Shown: positions 1-12,725, counted from the first letter of the stretch. The stretch: 64,000 bases of DNA from an uncultured Alphaproteobacteria bacterium (GCA_963789455.1 CAWBLD010000013.1:65559-129558), one strand, 5' to 3'. The notes: generated by a model not told the origin, from the letters alone. A program made the numbers and translations.

Positions 1-2145
1 CGACACGATGGAACGTTCGGCGCCGCGGCCGATCCTGTCCTGCTGACACGGCTTGCCATCAAGCCGGGCGCGCGGCTCACCATCGGCAACGCAAATTTTG
101 AAATCCGCGCCGCGCTCAGCAGCGAGCCGGACAAGCTCGCCGGCGGCATCGGTTTCGGGCCGCGCTTGCTGGTGAGCCAGGACGCGCTGCGCGCCACCGG
201 CCTGTTGCAGCCCGGCAGTCTGGTGCGTTGGCACTATCGCCTGCGTCTGCCGGCCAACGACACCAGCGATGCCGCAGCCAAGGCCGTGAGCGCGCGGGCG
301 CGCGCGCAATTCCCCGAGGCCGGCTGGGACATCCGCAGCCGCAGCAACGCGTCGCCGCAACTTGAGCGCAATGTCGAGCGCTTCACCCAGTTCCTCACCA
401 TCGTCGGCCTGACCGCGCTCTTGGTCGGCGGCGTCGGCGTTGGCAATGCGGTGAAAAGCCATCTCGACCGCCGGCGCGAGGTGATTGCTACCATGAAGGC
501 GCTCGGCGCTAGCGGCCGGCGCGTGTTCGCGATTTACCTCACGCAGGTGCTGTTGCTAGCGCTGATCGGCGGCGCCATCGGCACGGTGCTGGGCGCGATC
601 CTGCCGTTTGCGATTTCCTGGGCCTTTGGCGCCATCATTCCGCTGCCAATCGAGCCGGCGCTGCACCCGGCGGAGTTGGTGCTGGCGCTGGTCTATGGAC
701 TGATGACGGCGCTTGCCTTCGCGCTCTGGCCGCTCGGCCGCGCCCATGACGTGGCGGTCGGCGAATTGTTCCGCGACGCGGTGACGCCGCAGCCGCGCTG
801 GCCCCGCAAGTCCTATATCGCGCTGACGGCCGCCGCGGTGCTGGCGTTGGTCGTGCTCGCCATTGCGCTGGCCTACGACCGGCACGTCGCGGTGATCTAT
901 GTCGCCGTCGCCGCCGGCGTGTTCATTGCCCTGCGGCTGATCGCCAGCCTGCTGATGATCGCGGCCCGCCATGCGCCGCGCGCGCGCGCGACCGAGCTGC
1001 GCATGGCCATCGCCAATATCCACCGGCCGGGCGCGTTGACGCCCACCGTCGTGCTGTCACTCGGCCTCGGCATCGCGCTGCTGGTCACCGTGATCGAGAT
1101 CGACGGCAATCTACGGCGGCAGTTCTCGAACGAGCTGCCGGCCAAGGCGCCGTCGTTTTATTTCCTCGACATTCCGGCCGACCAGGCGGCCCGCTTCGAC
1201 GCTTTCGTGCGCGCGCAGGCGCCGGGCGCCAAGCTCGAGGAAGTGCCGATGCTGCGTGGCCGCATCATCTCCGCCAATGGCATCGCGGCCGAGAATCTCA
1301 AGCCGAAAGAAGGCGCCGCCTGGGTGCTGCAAAGCGACCGCGGCATCACCTATGCGGGCGCGATTCCGTCCGGCTCGCGGCTGGTCGAGGGCAAGTGGTG
1401 GGGGCCGGACTATGCCGGGCCGCCGCTGCTCTCGTTCGAGAAGCGGATCGCCGACGGCCTCGGCCTCAAGCTCGGCGATCCGGTCACCGTCAACGTGCTC
1501 GGCCGCAACATCACCAGCCGCATCGCCAACATGCGCATCGTCGACTGGGAGAGCCTCGGCATCAATTTCGTGATGGTGTTTTCGCCGCACGCTTTCGACG
1601 GCGCGCCGGCGACCCATCTCGCCACCCTCACCTATCCGGACGGCGGCACGCCGGCGCAGGAAGGCGCAATCGTGCGCGCGGTCGCCGAAAGCTTTCCCAT
1701 GGTCACCGCGGTGCGGGTGAAGGATGCGCTGGAAGCGATCGGCGCCATCGTCGCCAATCTGGTGCTGGCGATCCGCGGCGCCAGCGCGCTCACTTTGCTG
1801 GTGGCGGCCCTGGTGCTGGGCGGCGCGCTTGCCGCCGGCCATCGCCATCGGGTCTATGACGCGGTGATTCTCAAGACGCTCGGCGCCACCCGCCTCCGCC
1901 TGCTCGCCGCCTATACCATCGAGTACCTTTTGCTCGGGACCGCCACCGCGGCATTCGGCGTGCTGAGCGGTTCGCTCGCCGGCTGGCTGATCGTCAGCGA
2001 CCTCATGCACCTGACGTTTGCCTGGCTGTCGGTACCCGCCCTGACGGCGGCACTGGCCGCAGTCGTGGTCACAGTTGCGTTAGGGCTTATCGGCACCTTC
2101 ACGGCATTGGGCCAGAAACCGGCTCCGGTGTTGAGGAATTTATAG
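1..2145 (+). CDS. ABC transporter permease, FtsX-like/YbbP type (5' end lies before the window)
   Basis: Frame is open from base 1. Two FtsX-type TM blocks with 'IATMKALGA' and 'ILKTLGATR' motifs. Confidence 0.9.
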   Translation, partial: RHDGTFGAAADPVLLTRLAIKPGARLTIGNANFEIRAALSSEPDKLAGGIGFGPRLLVSQDALRATGLLQPGSLVRWHYRLRLPANDTSDAAAKAVSARARAQFPEAGWDIRSRSNASPQLERNVERFTQFLTIVGLTALLVGGVGVGNAVKSHLDRRREVIATMKALGASGRRVFAIYLTQVLLLALIGGAIGTVLGAILPFAISWAFGAIIPLPIEPALHPAELVLALVYGLMTALAFALWPLGRAHDVAVGELFRDAVTPQPRWPRKSYIALTAAAVLALVVLAIALAYDRHVAVIYVAVAAGVFIALRLIASLLMIAARHAPRARATELRMAIANIHRPGALTPTVVLSLGLGIALLVTVIEIDGNLRRQFSNELPAKAPSFYFLDIPADQAARFDAFVRAQAPGAKLEEVPMLRGRIISANGIAAENLKPKEGAAWVLQSDRGITYAGAIPSGSRLVEGKWWGPDYAGPPLLSFEKRIADGLGLKLGDPVTVNVLGRNITSRIANMRIVDWESLGINFVMVFSPHAFDGAPATHLATLTYPDGGTPAQEGAIVRAVAESFPMVTAVRVKDALEAIGAIVANLVLAIRGASALTLLVAALVLGGALAAGHRHRVYDAVILKTLGATRLRLLAAYTIEYLLLGTATAAFGVLSGSLAGWLIVSDLMHLTFAWLSVPALTAALAAVVVTVALGLIGTFTALGQKPAPVLRNL

Positions 2146-2373
2146 GTTTTGCGACATTCCGACGCGCGGCCGCGGCCCCCCTGCGCCGGCCGGTCTTTTC
2201 GCCTATAATGCCGCCACAGGATCGTTAACGATCGGCAATGATGCCACGTCATGATCGAGCCATATCTGGCGTACAGGCTTGACCCACACTAGATTCAGTC
2301 CACGAACGCGACGGCTTCCGCCGCCGCACCTGACGTGACCGGCAACCGGCCGGGACAGAGAGAGGGAACTTCG

Positions 2374-3141
2374 ATGTCGGACTTCGACCGCAATATCGCT
2401 TCCCGCGGCTTCGGCGCCGGGCAGGCAGCCGTGATCGATGCGGGCCTGCGCGCCTACATGATCCGCATCTACAATTACATGGCCAGCGGCGTCGCTCTGA
2501 CCGGCGTCGTGTCGTATTTCACTTATCAAGCTGCCGGCGGTGACGCCATTCACGTCGCTGGCGGCCACATAACCGGGCTAACTGATTTTGGCCGGGCAAT
2601 TTTCGGCGGTCCGCTGATGATCGTGCTGTTCCTCGGCACGCTTGGCATCGTCTTCTTCATGAGCTTCCGCATCAACAAGCTGCAGGCAAGTACCGCGCTC
2701 GGCCTGTTCATGCTCTATGCCGGGCTGCTCGGGCTGATGCTGTCGTCGGTGCTGCTCACCTATACTCAAGCTTCGATCGCCCGCACCTTCTTCATCTCAG
2801 CGGCGTCGTTCGGTGCGTTGAGCCTGTACGGCTACACCACGCAACGCGATCTATCGCCGATCGGCTCGTTCCTGGTCATGGGCCTGTTCGGGCTGATTCT
2901 GGCGATGGTCGTCAACATGTTCCTTGGAAGTCATGGGCTCGACTTCGCCATCTCGGCCATCGGCGTGCTGATCTTCGCCGGCTTGACCGCCTGGGACACC
3001 CAGAAGATCAAGGAAATGTATAGCGTGAACGACGACGGCACCGTCGCCGGCCGCAAGGCGGTGATGGGCGCGCTGACGCTCTATCTCGACTTCATCAACC
3101 TGTTCCTGTTCCTGCTGCGCTTCATGGGCGACCGCCGCTAA
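2374..3141 (+). CDS. Bax inhibitor-1/YccA family membrane protein
   Basis: 7-TM protein with 'LTAWDTQKIKE' and 'GALTLYLDFINLF'. SD-like GAGGG precedes ATG 2374. Confidence 0.93.
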   Translation: MSDFDRNIASRGFGAGQAAVIDAGLRAYMIRIYNYMASGVALTGVVSYFTYQAAGGDAIHVAGGHITGLTDFGRAIFGGPLMIVLFLGTLGIVFFMSFRINKLQASTALGLFMLYAGLLGLMLSSVLLTYTQASIARTFFISAASFGALSLYGYTTQRDLSPIGSFLVMGLFGLILAMVVNMFLGSHGLDFAISAIGVLIFAGLTAWDTQKIKEMYSVNDDGTVAGRKAVMGALTLYLDFINLFLFLLRFMGDRR

Positions 3142-3170
3142 GTCGCGCCAGCGAACGAAGATGGTTGCAG

Positions 3171-3200
3171 CGCCCGGGCCTAGTGCCCGGGCGTTTTTTT
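3171..3200 (+). terminator. Rho-independent terminator
   Basis: CGCCCGGGC-ctagt-GCCCGGGCG followed by T7. Confidence 0.85.
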
Positions 3201-3290
3201 CGTCATGGCCGGGCTTGTCCCGGCCATCCACGTCTTGCTTAGCTAGCTGCAAGAAAGACGTGGATACCCGGCATAAAGCCGGGCATGACG
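3201..3290. repeat. Palindromic intergenic repeat, family A (GTCATGGCCGGG...CCGGGCATGAC)
   Basis: Near-identical to 12726-12813. Terminal inverted repeats and internal hairpins. Confidence 0.85.
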
Positions 3291-3299
3291 GCATACTGC

Positions 3300-3827
3300 A
3301 TGACCACTTTTATCATCCGCCCCGCCACACCCGCCGACATCCCGGCCATTACCCGCATCTACGCGCATGGCGTCGAGCACGGCACGTCGTCGTTTGAACT
3401 CAGCCCGCCCGACGAAGCCGAGATGACGCGCCGGATGAGCGAACTCACGGGCAAAGGCTTTCCCTATCTCGCGGCGGAATTCGACGGCGCGCTGGCCGGC
3501 TATGCCTATGCCGGCCTCTATCGCACGCGGCCGGCCTATCGGTTCACCCTTGAGGATTCCGTCTACGTCGCGCCGGACCGGCAAGGCCGCGGCATCGGTC
3601 GCGGACTGCTGACCGCGTTGATCGATGCCGCGCAAGCGCGCGGCTTCCGCCAAATGATCGCGGTGATCGGGGATTCGCCCAACCAGGCAGGCTCAATCCG
3701 CCTGCACGAGGCGGTCGGTTTCCGTCACGTCGGCATTCTGCAGGATGTCGGCTTCAAGCAAGATCGCTGGCGCGACACGCTGCTGATGCAGCGCGCGCTT
3801 GGAGACGGTGGGAAGGCAAAACCCTAA
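3300..3827 (+). CDS. GNAT N-acetyltransferase, phosphinothricin/MddA-like
   Basis: 'RPAYRFTLEDSVYV', 'GRGIGRGLL' and 'SIRLHEAVGF' motifs. Confidence 0.9.
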   Translation: MTTFIIRPATPADIPAITRIYAHGVEHGTSSFELSPPDEAEMTRRMSELTGKGFPYLAAEFDGALAGYAYAGLYRTRPAYRFTLEDSVYVAPDRQGRGIGRGLLTALIDAAQARGFRQMIAVIGDSPNQAGSIRLHEAVGFRHVGILQDVGFKQDRWRDTLLMQRALGDGGKAKP

Positions 3828-4198
3828 TTCGCGACCAACGACAGCGATACGTCGATCGCGCGCAGCACGCGGTCGAGCTCGTGGCCGCGGCGTACGATCA
3901 ACCCGGTCGCCGAGATCACGCTATAGGCGCCCTGGCGGCGCGCCAGTTTCGGACTTTTTTCGATTCGGTAGAGCGGCACTTCCGATGAGCGGCGAAACAC
4001 CGAGAACACCGCGCGGTCTTTCAGGAATTCGATGGCGTAATCACGCCATTCGCCGGCGGCGACCTTGCGCCCATAGAGATCGAGGATGCGGTTGATCTCG
4101 CGGCGGCTGAAGGTGACTTGGGGGGCGGGTGGCCGTCGCGCCGGGGATCCGCCCCCGAGGGACTGGCTGGGATCGATTTCGCCGGAACCGAACGTCAT
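3824..4198 (-). CDS. DUF2794 family protein
   Basis: 'LYGRKVAAGEWRDYAI...AVFSVFRR...PLYRIEK' signature. Confidence 0.85.
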   Translation of the reverse strand: MTFGSGEIDPSQSLGGGSPARRPPAPQVTFSRREINRILDLYGRKVAAGEWRDYAIEFLKDRAVFSVFRRSSEVPLYRIEKSPKLARRQGAYSVISATGLIVRRGHELDRVLRAIDVSLSLVAN

Positions 4199-4389
4199 GC
4201 GGCGCCTCCTTTTGTTGCGGCAATGATCGCGCCGGGAAACGCCCACGGCAAGAGCCTCCTTTCGGCAATAACCGGGCGGGAAACGGCGAAAACGCCGGCG
4301 ATCGATCACGAATTCGTTAAAGGAACCATAATACCGCCCTATTTCGGTCAATCGCCGGTCACTCTGGCTTGGGATAACAGCAGCGTTGC

Positions 4390-4533
4390 CTCAAAGGCCC
4401 GGTCCGGTTTGAGCACCGGATTCCTCAGCCCCCCAGCCCCCCGGGGCTCAGCCGACCGGGCCAAGTTGAGTTCCGCGTACGGTTCAATCCCCTAACCCCT
4501 TCGGGCCGGCTTGCCGCCGACCCGAATTTTTTT
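4390..4533 (+). ncRNA. Candidate trans-acting sRNA with C-rich loops
   Basis: Stem GGCCCGGTC(4396-4404)/GACCGGGCC(4454-4462) encloses CCTCAGCCCCCCAGCCCC. Then a CCCCTAACCCC linker and a hairpin plus T7 ending near 4533. Confidence 0.5.
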
Positions 4534-4558
4534 GTGCGCGGAAGACGGTCGCACTTGC

Positions 4559-4733
4559 TTCACCTCTCCCATAAGGAGAGGTCGGCGCGCGCCGCGTGAG
4601 GGGTTACAGCCTAACGAAATTCACTTGCCCCCTCACCCCAGCCCCCTCCCCCAGCGAAGTCGGATAAATTCGACTTCGGCCACTTAATATTGCCGAACTC
4701 GGGCAAGCCCGAGTTCGGGTGGGGCGAGGGAGC
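4559..4733. repeat. Palindromic repeat, family D, carrying a 66-nt nested insertion
   Basis: Reverse-complement match to 40482-40598 apart from the extra 4654-4719. Confidence 0.8.
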
Positions 4734-4761
4734 GCGTTGTGCGCGTGGCGATGCCAGAAGG

Positions 4762-5520
4762 TCAGTGCAGCTCGGCCGTGGCGGCGCCGAGCATCAGGCC
4801 GGGCTTGGCGGCGACGCCGCTTTGCACGATCACGGCCACGCGGTCGATGTCATGCAGCGAAAATTTGCCGTTCGGAAGGTCGGCCACCGGGACGCTGAAA
4901 GTTTCCGCCTTGCCGCTCCAGTTGCCGAGCTTCACCCAGCGGCGCACCACATTGGTGTAGGCAATCGTATGGCCGCGATTTTCGCCGCGGCCGATCGCGA
5001 CCAGTACCTTGCCGCTCATCGGGCAAAGCCAGACCTCCGCGCTGTGCTGCACGCCGTCGGCGGCCGGAACGTTCACGGACACTTTGCCGTCGGCGACGGT
5101 CATCGTCACCGGCAACGTCAAGGGCGCCGCACTACGGCGGGTCCGCACGATGGCCTGTTCGATCGCCGCTTTGTCGCTGCCCAGCACATGCGTGATGCCG
5201 TTGACCACGACCTGCGGCGTATAAACCTCACGGTCGCCGCGCGTATCGGCATAGGCCCGCTCCCGATCGGAATGGCCGTGCAGCGCGAGCGTGTCCTTCC
5301 AGCCGAGATAATCCCAGTAGTCGACCGGCAGGCTCATGGTGACCAGCGTCGGGTCGCGCGCCAGTTCGCCCATCAGCTTGTCGGCTGGCGGACAGGATGA
5401 GCAGCCCTGGCTGGTGAACAGTTCGATGACGGCGCGCGGTTCGCCCGCAGCAGCAGGCGGCGGCGTCATCGAGGTGGTGAAAATCAAAGCAGCCGCAAAG
5501 GCGATGTGGCGACAATTCAT
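4762..5520 (-). CDS. DUF1223 thioredoxin-like secreted protein
   Basis: Signal peptide, 'ELFTSQGCSSCPPAD' and 'VDYWDYLGWKDT'. Confidence 0.9.
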   Translation of the reverse strand: MNCRHIAFAAALIFTTSMTPPPAAAGEPRAVIELFTSQGCSSCPPADKLMGELARDPTLVTMSLPVDYWDYLGWKDTLALHGHSDRERAYADTRGDREVYTPQVVVNGITHVLGSDKAAIEQAIVRTRRSAAPLTLPVTMTVADGKVSVNVPAADGVQHSAEVWLCPMSGKVLVAIGRGENRGHTIAYTNVVRRWVKLGNWSGKAETFSVPVADLPNGKFSLHDIDRVAVIVQSGVAAKPGLMLGAATAELH

Positions 5521-5635
5521 GACGATCCCACGATCCCCCTGCCCGGCGCAGATCATATAAAACGCTCCACCGATCACCCGCTACTCACTTCGCGGTGAGC
5601 GGATTGCTGCGTGGAGCGGTTCGCCGAATGGCCGG

Positions 5636-8341
<2,706 letters not shown>

Positions 8342-8593
8342 GGGGGCTGTTTCCATTCCCGGCCGGGACATCGGCGCTGGCTCGGTCTAAGCTCTTAGCA
8401 AGACAAGACTTTTCTCGCCGGGGAGACTTGCGCCCGAATTCCATTAAATTAACGCCGCAACGGCGGGCTTATAAGGTCTTTTTGCGCCGGACGCCATATT
8501 TACGAGGAACTTCGCAAAAATGCGCAGAATATCGGGGTTTTCCGCGGCCAGTATGGCTTTCCCGCCGGCCGCGGGCAGGCTAAAGCGCGCCTG

Positions 8594-9197
8594 ATGCAGC
8601 TCAAAGCCGACAATCTGGCCTGCAACCGGGGCGGGCGCGAGGTGTTTGCGGGCCTCAGTTTCAGCCTGTCCGGCGGCGAAGCGCTGGTGGTGACCGGACG
8701 CAACGGCGCCGGCAAATCCTCGCTGCTGCGCGTGATCGCCGGCCTCGTGCGCGCCGCCGGCGGCCGGCTGCAACTCGATGGCGGCGGCCACGAGGCCACC
8801 ATCGGTGAGCAATCGCATTATGTCGGCCACCAGGACGCGGTGAAGCCCTCGCTGACGGTGCACGAGAACCTGAAATTCTGGGCGCAATATTTCGGCGCCG
8901 GCGGCGCGGCGATCGAAGCCGGCGCTGGAAGCGGTCGACCTCACGCCGCTCGCCGACCTGCCGGCGGCCTATTTGTCGGCCGGGCAACGGCGGCGGCTGT
9001 CGATTGCGCGGCTGGTCGCGGTGCCGCGGCCGCTCTGGCTGCTGGACGAGCCGACCTCGGCGCTCGATGTGCCGTCGCAAGACCGGCTCGCCGACTTGAT
9101 GCGCCGCCATCTCGCCGGCGGCGGCATGATCGTGGCGGCGGCGCACGGACCGATCGGACTCGAACGCGCGCGCGAACTGAAAATGGGGCCGGCATGA
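8594..9197 (+). CDS. ccmA: Heme export ABC ATPase (one +1 frameshift near 8920, probably sequencing error)
   Basis: Walker A GRNGAGKS in one frame; LSAGQRRR and LLDEP in the next. Span is 3n+1. Confidence 0.9.
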
Positions 9198-9862
9198 GCG
9201 CGTTTATCGCTTTGGTGGTCCGCGACATGCGGCTCGCGATCCGCGTCGGCGGCGGCGCGCTGATGGGCGCGCTGTTTTTCCTGATCGTGGTCACCATGAT
9301 GCCGTTTGCGCTCGGCCCCGACCTCGCGCTGCTTGCCCGCATCGGCCCGGCGATCCTGTGGCTCGGCGCGCTGCTGGCGAGTCTGCTGGCGCTCGACCGG
9401 CTGTTCGCCACCGATTATGACGACGGATCGCTCGACCTCTTGATGATGGGGCGCATGCCGCTCGAACTGGCGGTGGCGGCCAAGGCCCTCGCGCATTGGC
9501 TGACCACCGCGCTGCCGCTGGTGGTGATCACGCCGGTGCTCGGCCTCATGCTGAATATCGAATTGCGCGCCATGGGCACGTTGGCGCTGACCCTGTTCGC
9601 CGGCACGCCGGCGCTCACCTTTATCGGGCTGATCGGCGCCGCGCTGTCGGTGGCGCTGCGGCGCGGCGGCTTGCTGCTGGCGGTATTGGTGCTGCCGCTG
9701 ACAATTCCGGTGCTGATTTTCGGCGTTGCCGCGGCCAATGCCGCCATCGTCGGTCCCGCGCCATTCGGCCCACCTTTCACCATTCTTTGCGCGTTATCCT
9801 TGGCCAGCCTGGTGCTGGGCCCGGTTTTCGCGGCGGCCGCGCTGCGCCACGGCTTGGAGTGA
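9194..9862 (+). CDS. ccmB: Heme exporter permease
   Basis: '[10 protein letters not shown]', 'KALAHWL' and '[11 protein letters not shown]'. ATGA overlap with ccmA. Confidence 0.95.
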   Translation: MSAFIALVVRDMRLAIRVGGGALMGALFFLIVVTMMPFALGPDLALLARIGPAILWLGALLASLLALDRLFATDYDDGSLDLLMMGRMPLELAVAAKALAHWLTTALPLVVITPVLGLMLNIELRAMGTLALTLFAGTPALTFIGLIGAALSVALRRGGLLLAVLVLPLTIPVLIFGVAAANAAIVGPAPFGPPFTILCALSLASLVLGPVFAAAALRHGLE

Positions 9863-9894
9863 TTGATTTGCCACGGAAATATCAGGCCGGCCGC

Positions 9895-9908
9895 ATGATG
9901 CAGATCAA
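9895..9908 (+). promoter_or_regulatory. FNR/FixK-like box upstream of ccmC
   Basis: ATGAT-GCAG-ATCAA, one mismatch to TTGAT-N4-ATCAA. Confidence 0.45.
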
Positions 9909-9988
9909 ACCAACCGGGCCCTTGAACACGCATATTTTGCCGCCGGCCGCCATTGCCCGTGCCGCCGCGTCTGATTAAAAGGCTGCCG

Positions 9989-10720
9989 ATGGCTGTGATC
10001 GACCTCGCCAACCCGACGCGCTTCCTAGCGCTGGTCAACCGCGTGCTGCCCTGGCTGGCCGCGGCGACGCTTCTGCTGTTCGCGTTCGGGCTCGTGCGCG
10101 CGATGCATGCGCCCGACGACTATCAGCAGGGCGCCACCGTGAAGATCATGTTCCTGCACGTGCCGGCGGCCTGGCTCGGCATGATGGGCTGGGGCGTGAT
10201 GAGCGTCGCCGCGCTCGGCACGCTGGTCTGGCGGCATCCGCTGGCCGATGTGGCGGGCAAGGCGGCCGCGCCGATCGGCGCCGCATTTACCTTTGTTTGT
10301 CTGGTCACCGGCTCGCTCTGGGGCCGCCCGACCTGGGGCACCTATTGGGTGTGGGACGCGCGGCTCACCTCGGTGCTGGTGCTGTTCCTGCTCTATCTCG
10401 GCGTGCTCGCGCTTTATTGGACGGCGGAAGATCCGGGCCGCGGCTCGCGCGCGGCGGCGATCCTCTCCTTGGTCGGCGCGGTGAACATTCCGATCATCAA
10501 GTTTTCGGTGGAATAGTGGAACACGCTGCATCAGCCGGCCTCGTTGTTTCGCAAGGGCGGCTCGGCCATCGATCCGTCCATCCTGTGGCCGCTGTTGATC
10601 ATGGCCGGGGCCTTCACGCTGCTGTTCTTCACCTTGCATCTCGCCGCCATGCGTAACGAAATTCTGCGCCGGCGCGTGCGCAGCATGCGGATCATCCAGG
10701 CGCAGGAAGCGCGCGCATGA
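9989..10720 (+). CDS. ccmC: Heme exporter CcmC (in-frame TAG at 10514-10516 where TGG is expected)
   Basis: 'WGRPTWGTYWVWDARLTS' motif. The frame continues past TAG as 'WNTLHQPAS' to TGA 10720. Confidence 0.92.
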
Positions 10721-10890
10721 ATCTCGGGCCGCATGCCGATTTTATCGTCGCCGCCTATGCGGTGACGATGTTCGTGGTGGCCGCCCTGGTGGCCTGGGTC
10801 GTTCTCGATTATTCGGCGCAGCGCCGCATCCTCGGCGATCTCGAGGAGCGTGGCGTGACGCGGCGCTCGCAGCGCAAGGACGACCGATGA
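10717..10890 (+). CDS. ccmD: Heme exporter CcmD (missing from the ORF track)
   Basis: MNLGPHADFIVAAYAV...LEERGVTRRS: one TM and a basic tail. ATGA overlaps with ccmC and ccmG. Confidence 0.88.
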   Translation: MNLGPHADFIVAAYAVTMFVVAALVAWVVLDYSAQRRILGDLEERGVTRRSQRKDDR

Positions 10891-11477
10891 GCACGGCATC
10901 CAGCGAAACGTCCGGCAGTACACGGCGCAATATTCTCGTGCTGCTGCCGCTGATTGTGTTTCTCGCGCTGGCGGCGCTGTTCCTGGTCCGGCTCTGGAGC
11001 GGCGACCCCTCGCGCCTGCCGTCCGCGCTGATCGGTAAGCCGGCGCCGCATACCGACCTGCCGCCGCTGGCCGGACTCGAACGCGACGGCAAGGCGGTGC
11101 CCGGCCTTTCCAATGCGGCGTTCAAGGGCGAACTGACGCTGGTCAATGTCTGGGCCTCGTGGTGCGTGCCCTGCGCCGACGAGGTGCCGTTCCTGGAGAA
11201 GCTGTCGAAGGACAAGCGCGTCAAGCTGGTCGGCATCAATTACAAGGATCCCACCGACAACGCGCGGCGCTTCCTCAATCGCTATGGCAATCCGTTCGTC
11301 GCGGTCGGCGTCGATGCCAGCGGCCGCACCGCGATCGATTGGGGCGTCTATGGCGTGCCGGAGACTTATCTGATCGGCCGCGACGGCACCATCGCCTACA
11401 AGCTGGTCGGGCCGGTCACCGCCGACAATCTCACCCAGGTGATCGAGCCGGAAATCGTCAAAGCGCTCAAGCCTTGA
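10887..11477 (+). CDS. ccmG: Thiol:disulfide interchange protein DsbE/CcmG
   Basis: 'NVWASWCVPC' and 'WGVYGVPETY'. Confidence 0.95.
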   Translation: MSTASSETSGSTRRNILVLLPLIVFLALAALFLVRLWSGDPSRLPSALIGKPAPHTDLPPLAGLERDGKAVPGLSNAAFKGELTLVNVWASWCVPCADEVPFLEKLSKDKRVKLVGINYKDPTDNARRFLNRYGNPFVAVGVDASGRTAIDWGVYGVPETYLIGRDGTIAYKLVGPVTADNLTQVIEPEIVKALKP

Positions 11478-12005
11478 AGGCGCTGCCGCTATCCAAGGTC
11501 TATCAGTTGCTCGAGCCGGGCCCGGTGGTCCTGCTGACGACCGCGCGCAAGGGCCGGCGCCAACGTCATGACCATGTCCTGGCACATGATGGTCGAGTTC
11601 GAGCCGCCGCTGGTGGCCTGCGTCTGCAGCGGCGCCAATTACAGCTTCGACGCGCTGCGCGCGACCGGCGAATGCGTGATCGCCGTGCCGGCGCGCAAGC
11701 TGGCCGCGAAAGTGGTGAAGGTCGGCAATGCGTCGGGCCGCGATCTCGATAAGTTCGCCGCCTTCGGCCTGACGCCGCTGCCGGCCGAACGCGTGGCGCC
11801 GCCGCTGGTCAAGGAGTGCTTCGCCAATCTCGAATGCAAAGTCGCCGACCGGCGGCTGGTGAACCGCTACAACCTGTTCATCCTCGAAGTGCTCGCGGCC
11901 TGGATCGATCCGGCGCAAAAGAATCCGAAGACCATTCACCACCACGGCTACGGCAAATTCGCCGTCGATGGCGCGACCATCACGCTGCAATCGAGAATGC
12001 GCTGA
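11474..12005 (+). CDS. Flavin reductase family protein (+1 frameshift near 11555)
   Basis: TTG start 'MKALPLSKVYQLLEPGPVVLLTT' joins 'NVMTMSWHMMVEFEPP' in the adjacent frame. Confidence 0.82.
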
Positions 12006-12018
12006 CACGTGAAATGAT

Positions 12019-12155
12019 CGTCATGGCCGGGCGAAAGGCGCGAAGCGCCGTCTTCGCGCCTGAAGACCCGGCCATCCCGCTTAGCAAGGCAAGGGCTTGT
12101 GGTCCCTAATCGGGATCACCGGGTCTCGCCGCTTCGCGGCGGCCCGGTGATGACG
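12019..12155. repeat. Palindromic repeat, family A variant, overlapping the ispZ 3' end
   Basis: CGTCATGGCCGGG...CCCGGCCATCC...CCGGTGATGACG. Confidence 0.75.
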
Positions 12156-12711
12156 GCGGGGTGACGCTGTATTTATTGATCAGCGGCATCTGCAGCGCGG
12201 CGAATAGAAACGTCAGCGGCACCACGCCGAACAATTTGAAGCTGACCCAGAAATCCGTCGTCTGTGTGCGCCAGACGACCTCATTCGCGATGGCGAGCGC
12301 GAAGAAGAACACGGCCCAGCGCCAAGTGAGCTTGCGCCAGCCTTCCTCGCTGAGATGGAACATAGGCTCGAACAGCACGCCGAGCAGCGGCTTGCCGAGC
12401 ACCAGCCCGCCGAGCAGCGTGCCGCCGAACAACAGGTAGATGATGGTCGGCTTGAGCTTGATGAACAGCTCGTCGTGCAGCACGAGCGTGAGCGAGCCGA
12501 ATATCAGCACGATCACGGCGGTCACCAGCGGCATCACCTCGATGCGCCCCGTCATCGCATAGGCCACGGCGAGCGCGATCAGCACCGCCACCATGAAGGC
12601 GGCCGTGGCGGCAAAAATCCCGAAGCGCGCGTTGGCGGCGAAGAACAGCACCAGCGGCCCGATGTCGAGCACCAGCTTGAGGATGGGGTTGAGCTGTTTT
12701 TTGTCGGCCAT
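12106..12711 (-). CDS. ispZ: Intracellular septation protein A (YciB)
   Basis: 'FIKLKPTIIY' and 'WVSFKLFG'. Confidence 0.93.
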   Translation of the reverse strand: MADKKQLNPILKLVLDIGPLVLFFAANARFGIFAATAAFMVAVLIALAVAYAMTGRIEVMPLVTAVIVLIFGSLTLVLHDELFIKLKPTIIYLLFGGTLLGGLVLGKPLLGVLFEPMFHLSEEGWRKLTWRWAVFFFALAIANEVVWRTQTTDFWVSFKLFGVVPLTFLFAALQMPLINKYSVTPPSSPGRREAARPGDPD

Positions 12712-12725
12712 GATTTTCCTTGCTT

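Noticed and set aside
8594-9862. Apparent CcmA-CcmB fusion (422 aa)
   Set aside because: Produced by the +1 indel in ccmA. The true ccmA C-terminus is in another frame and ccmB has its own ATG.
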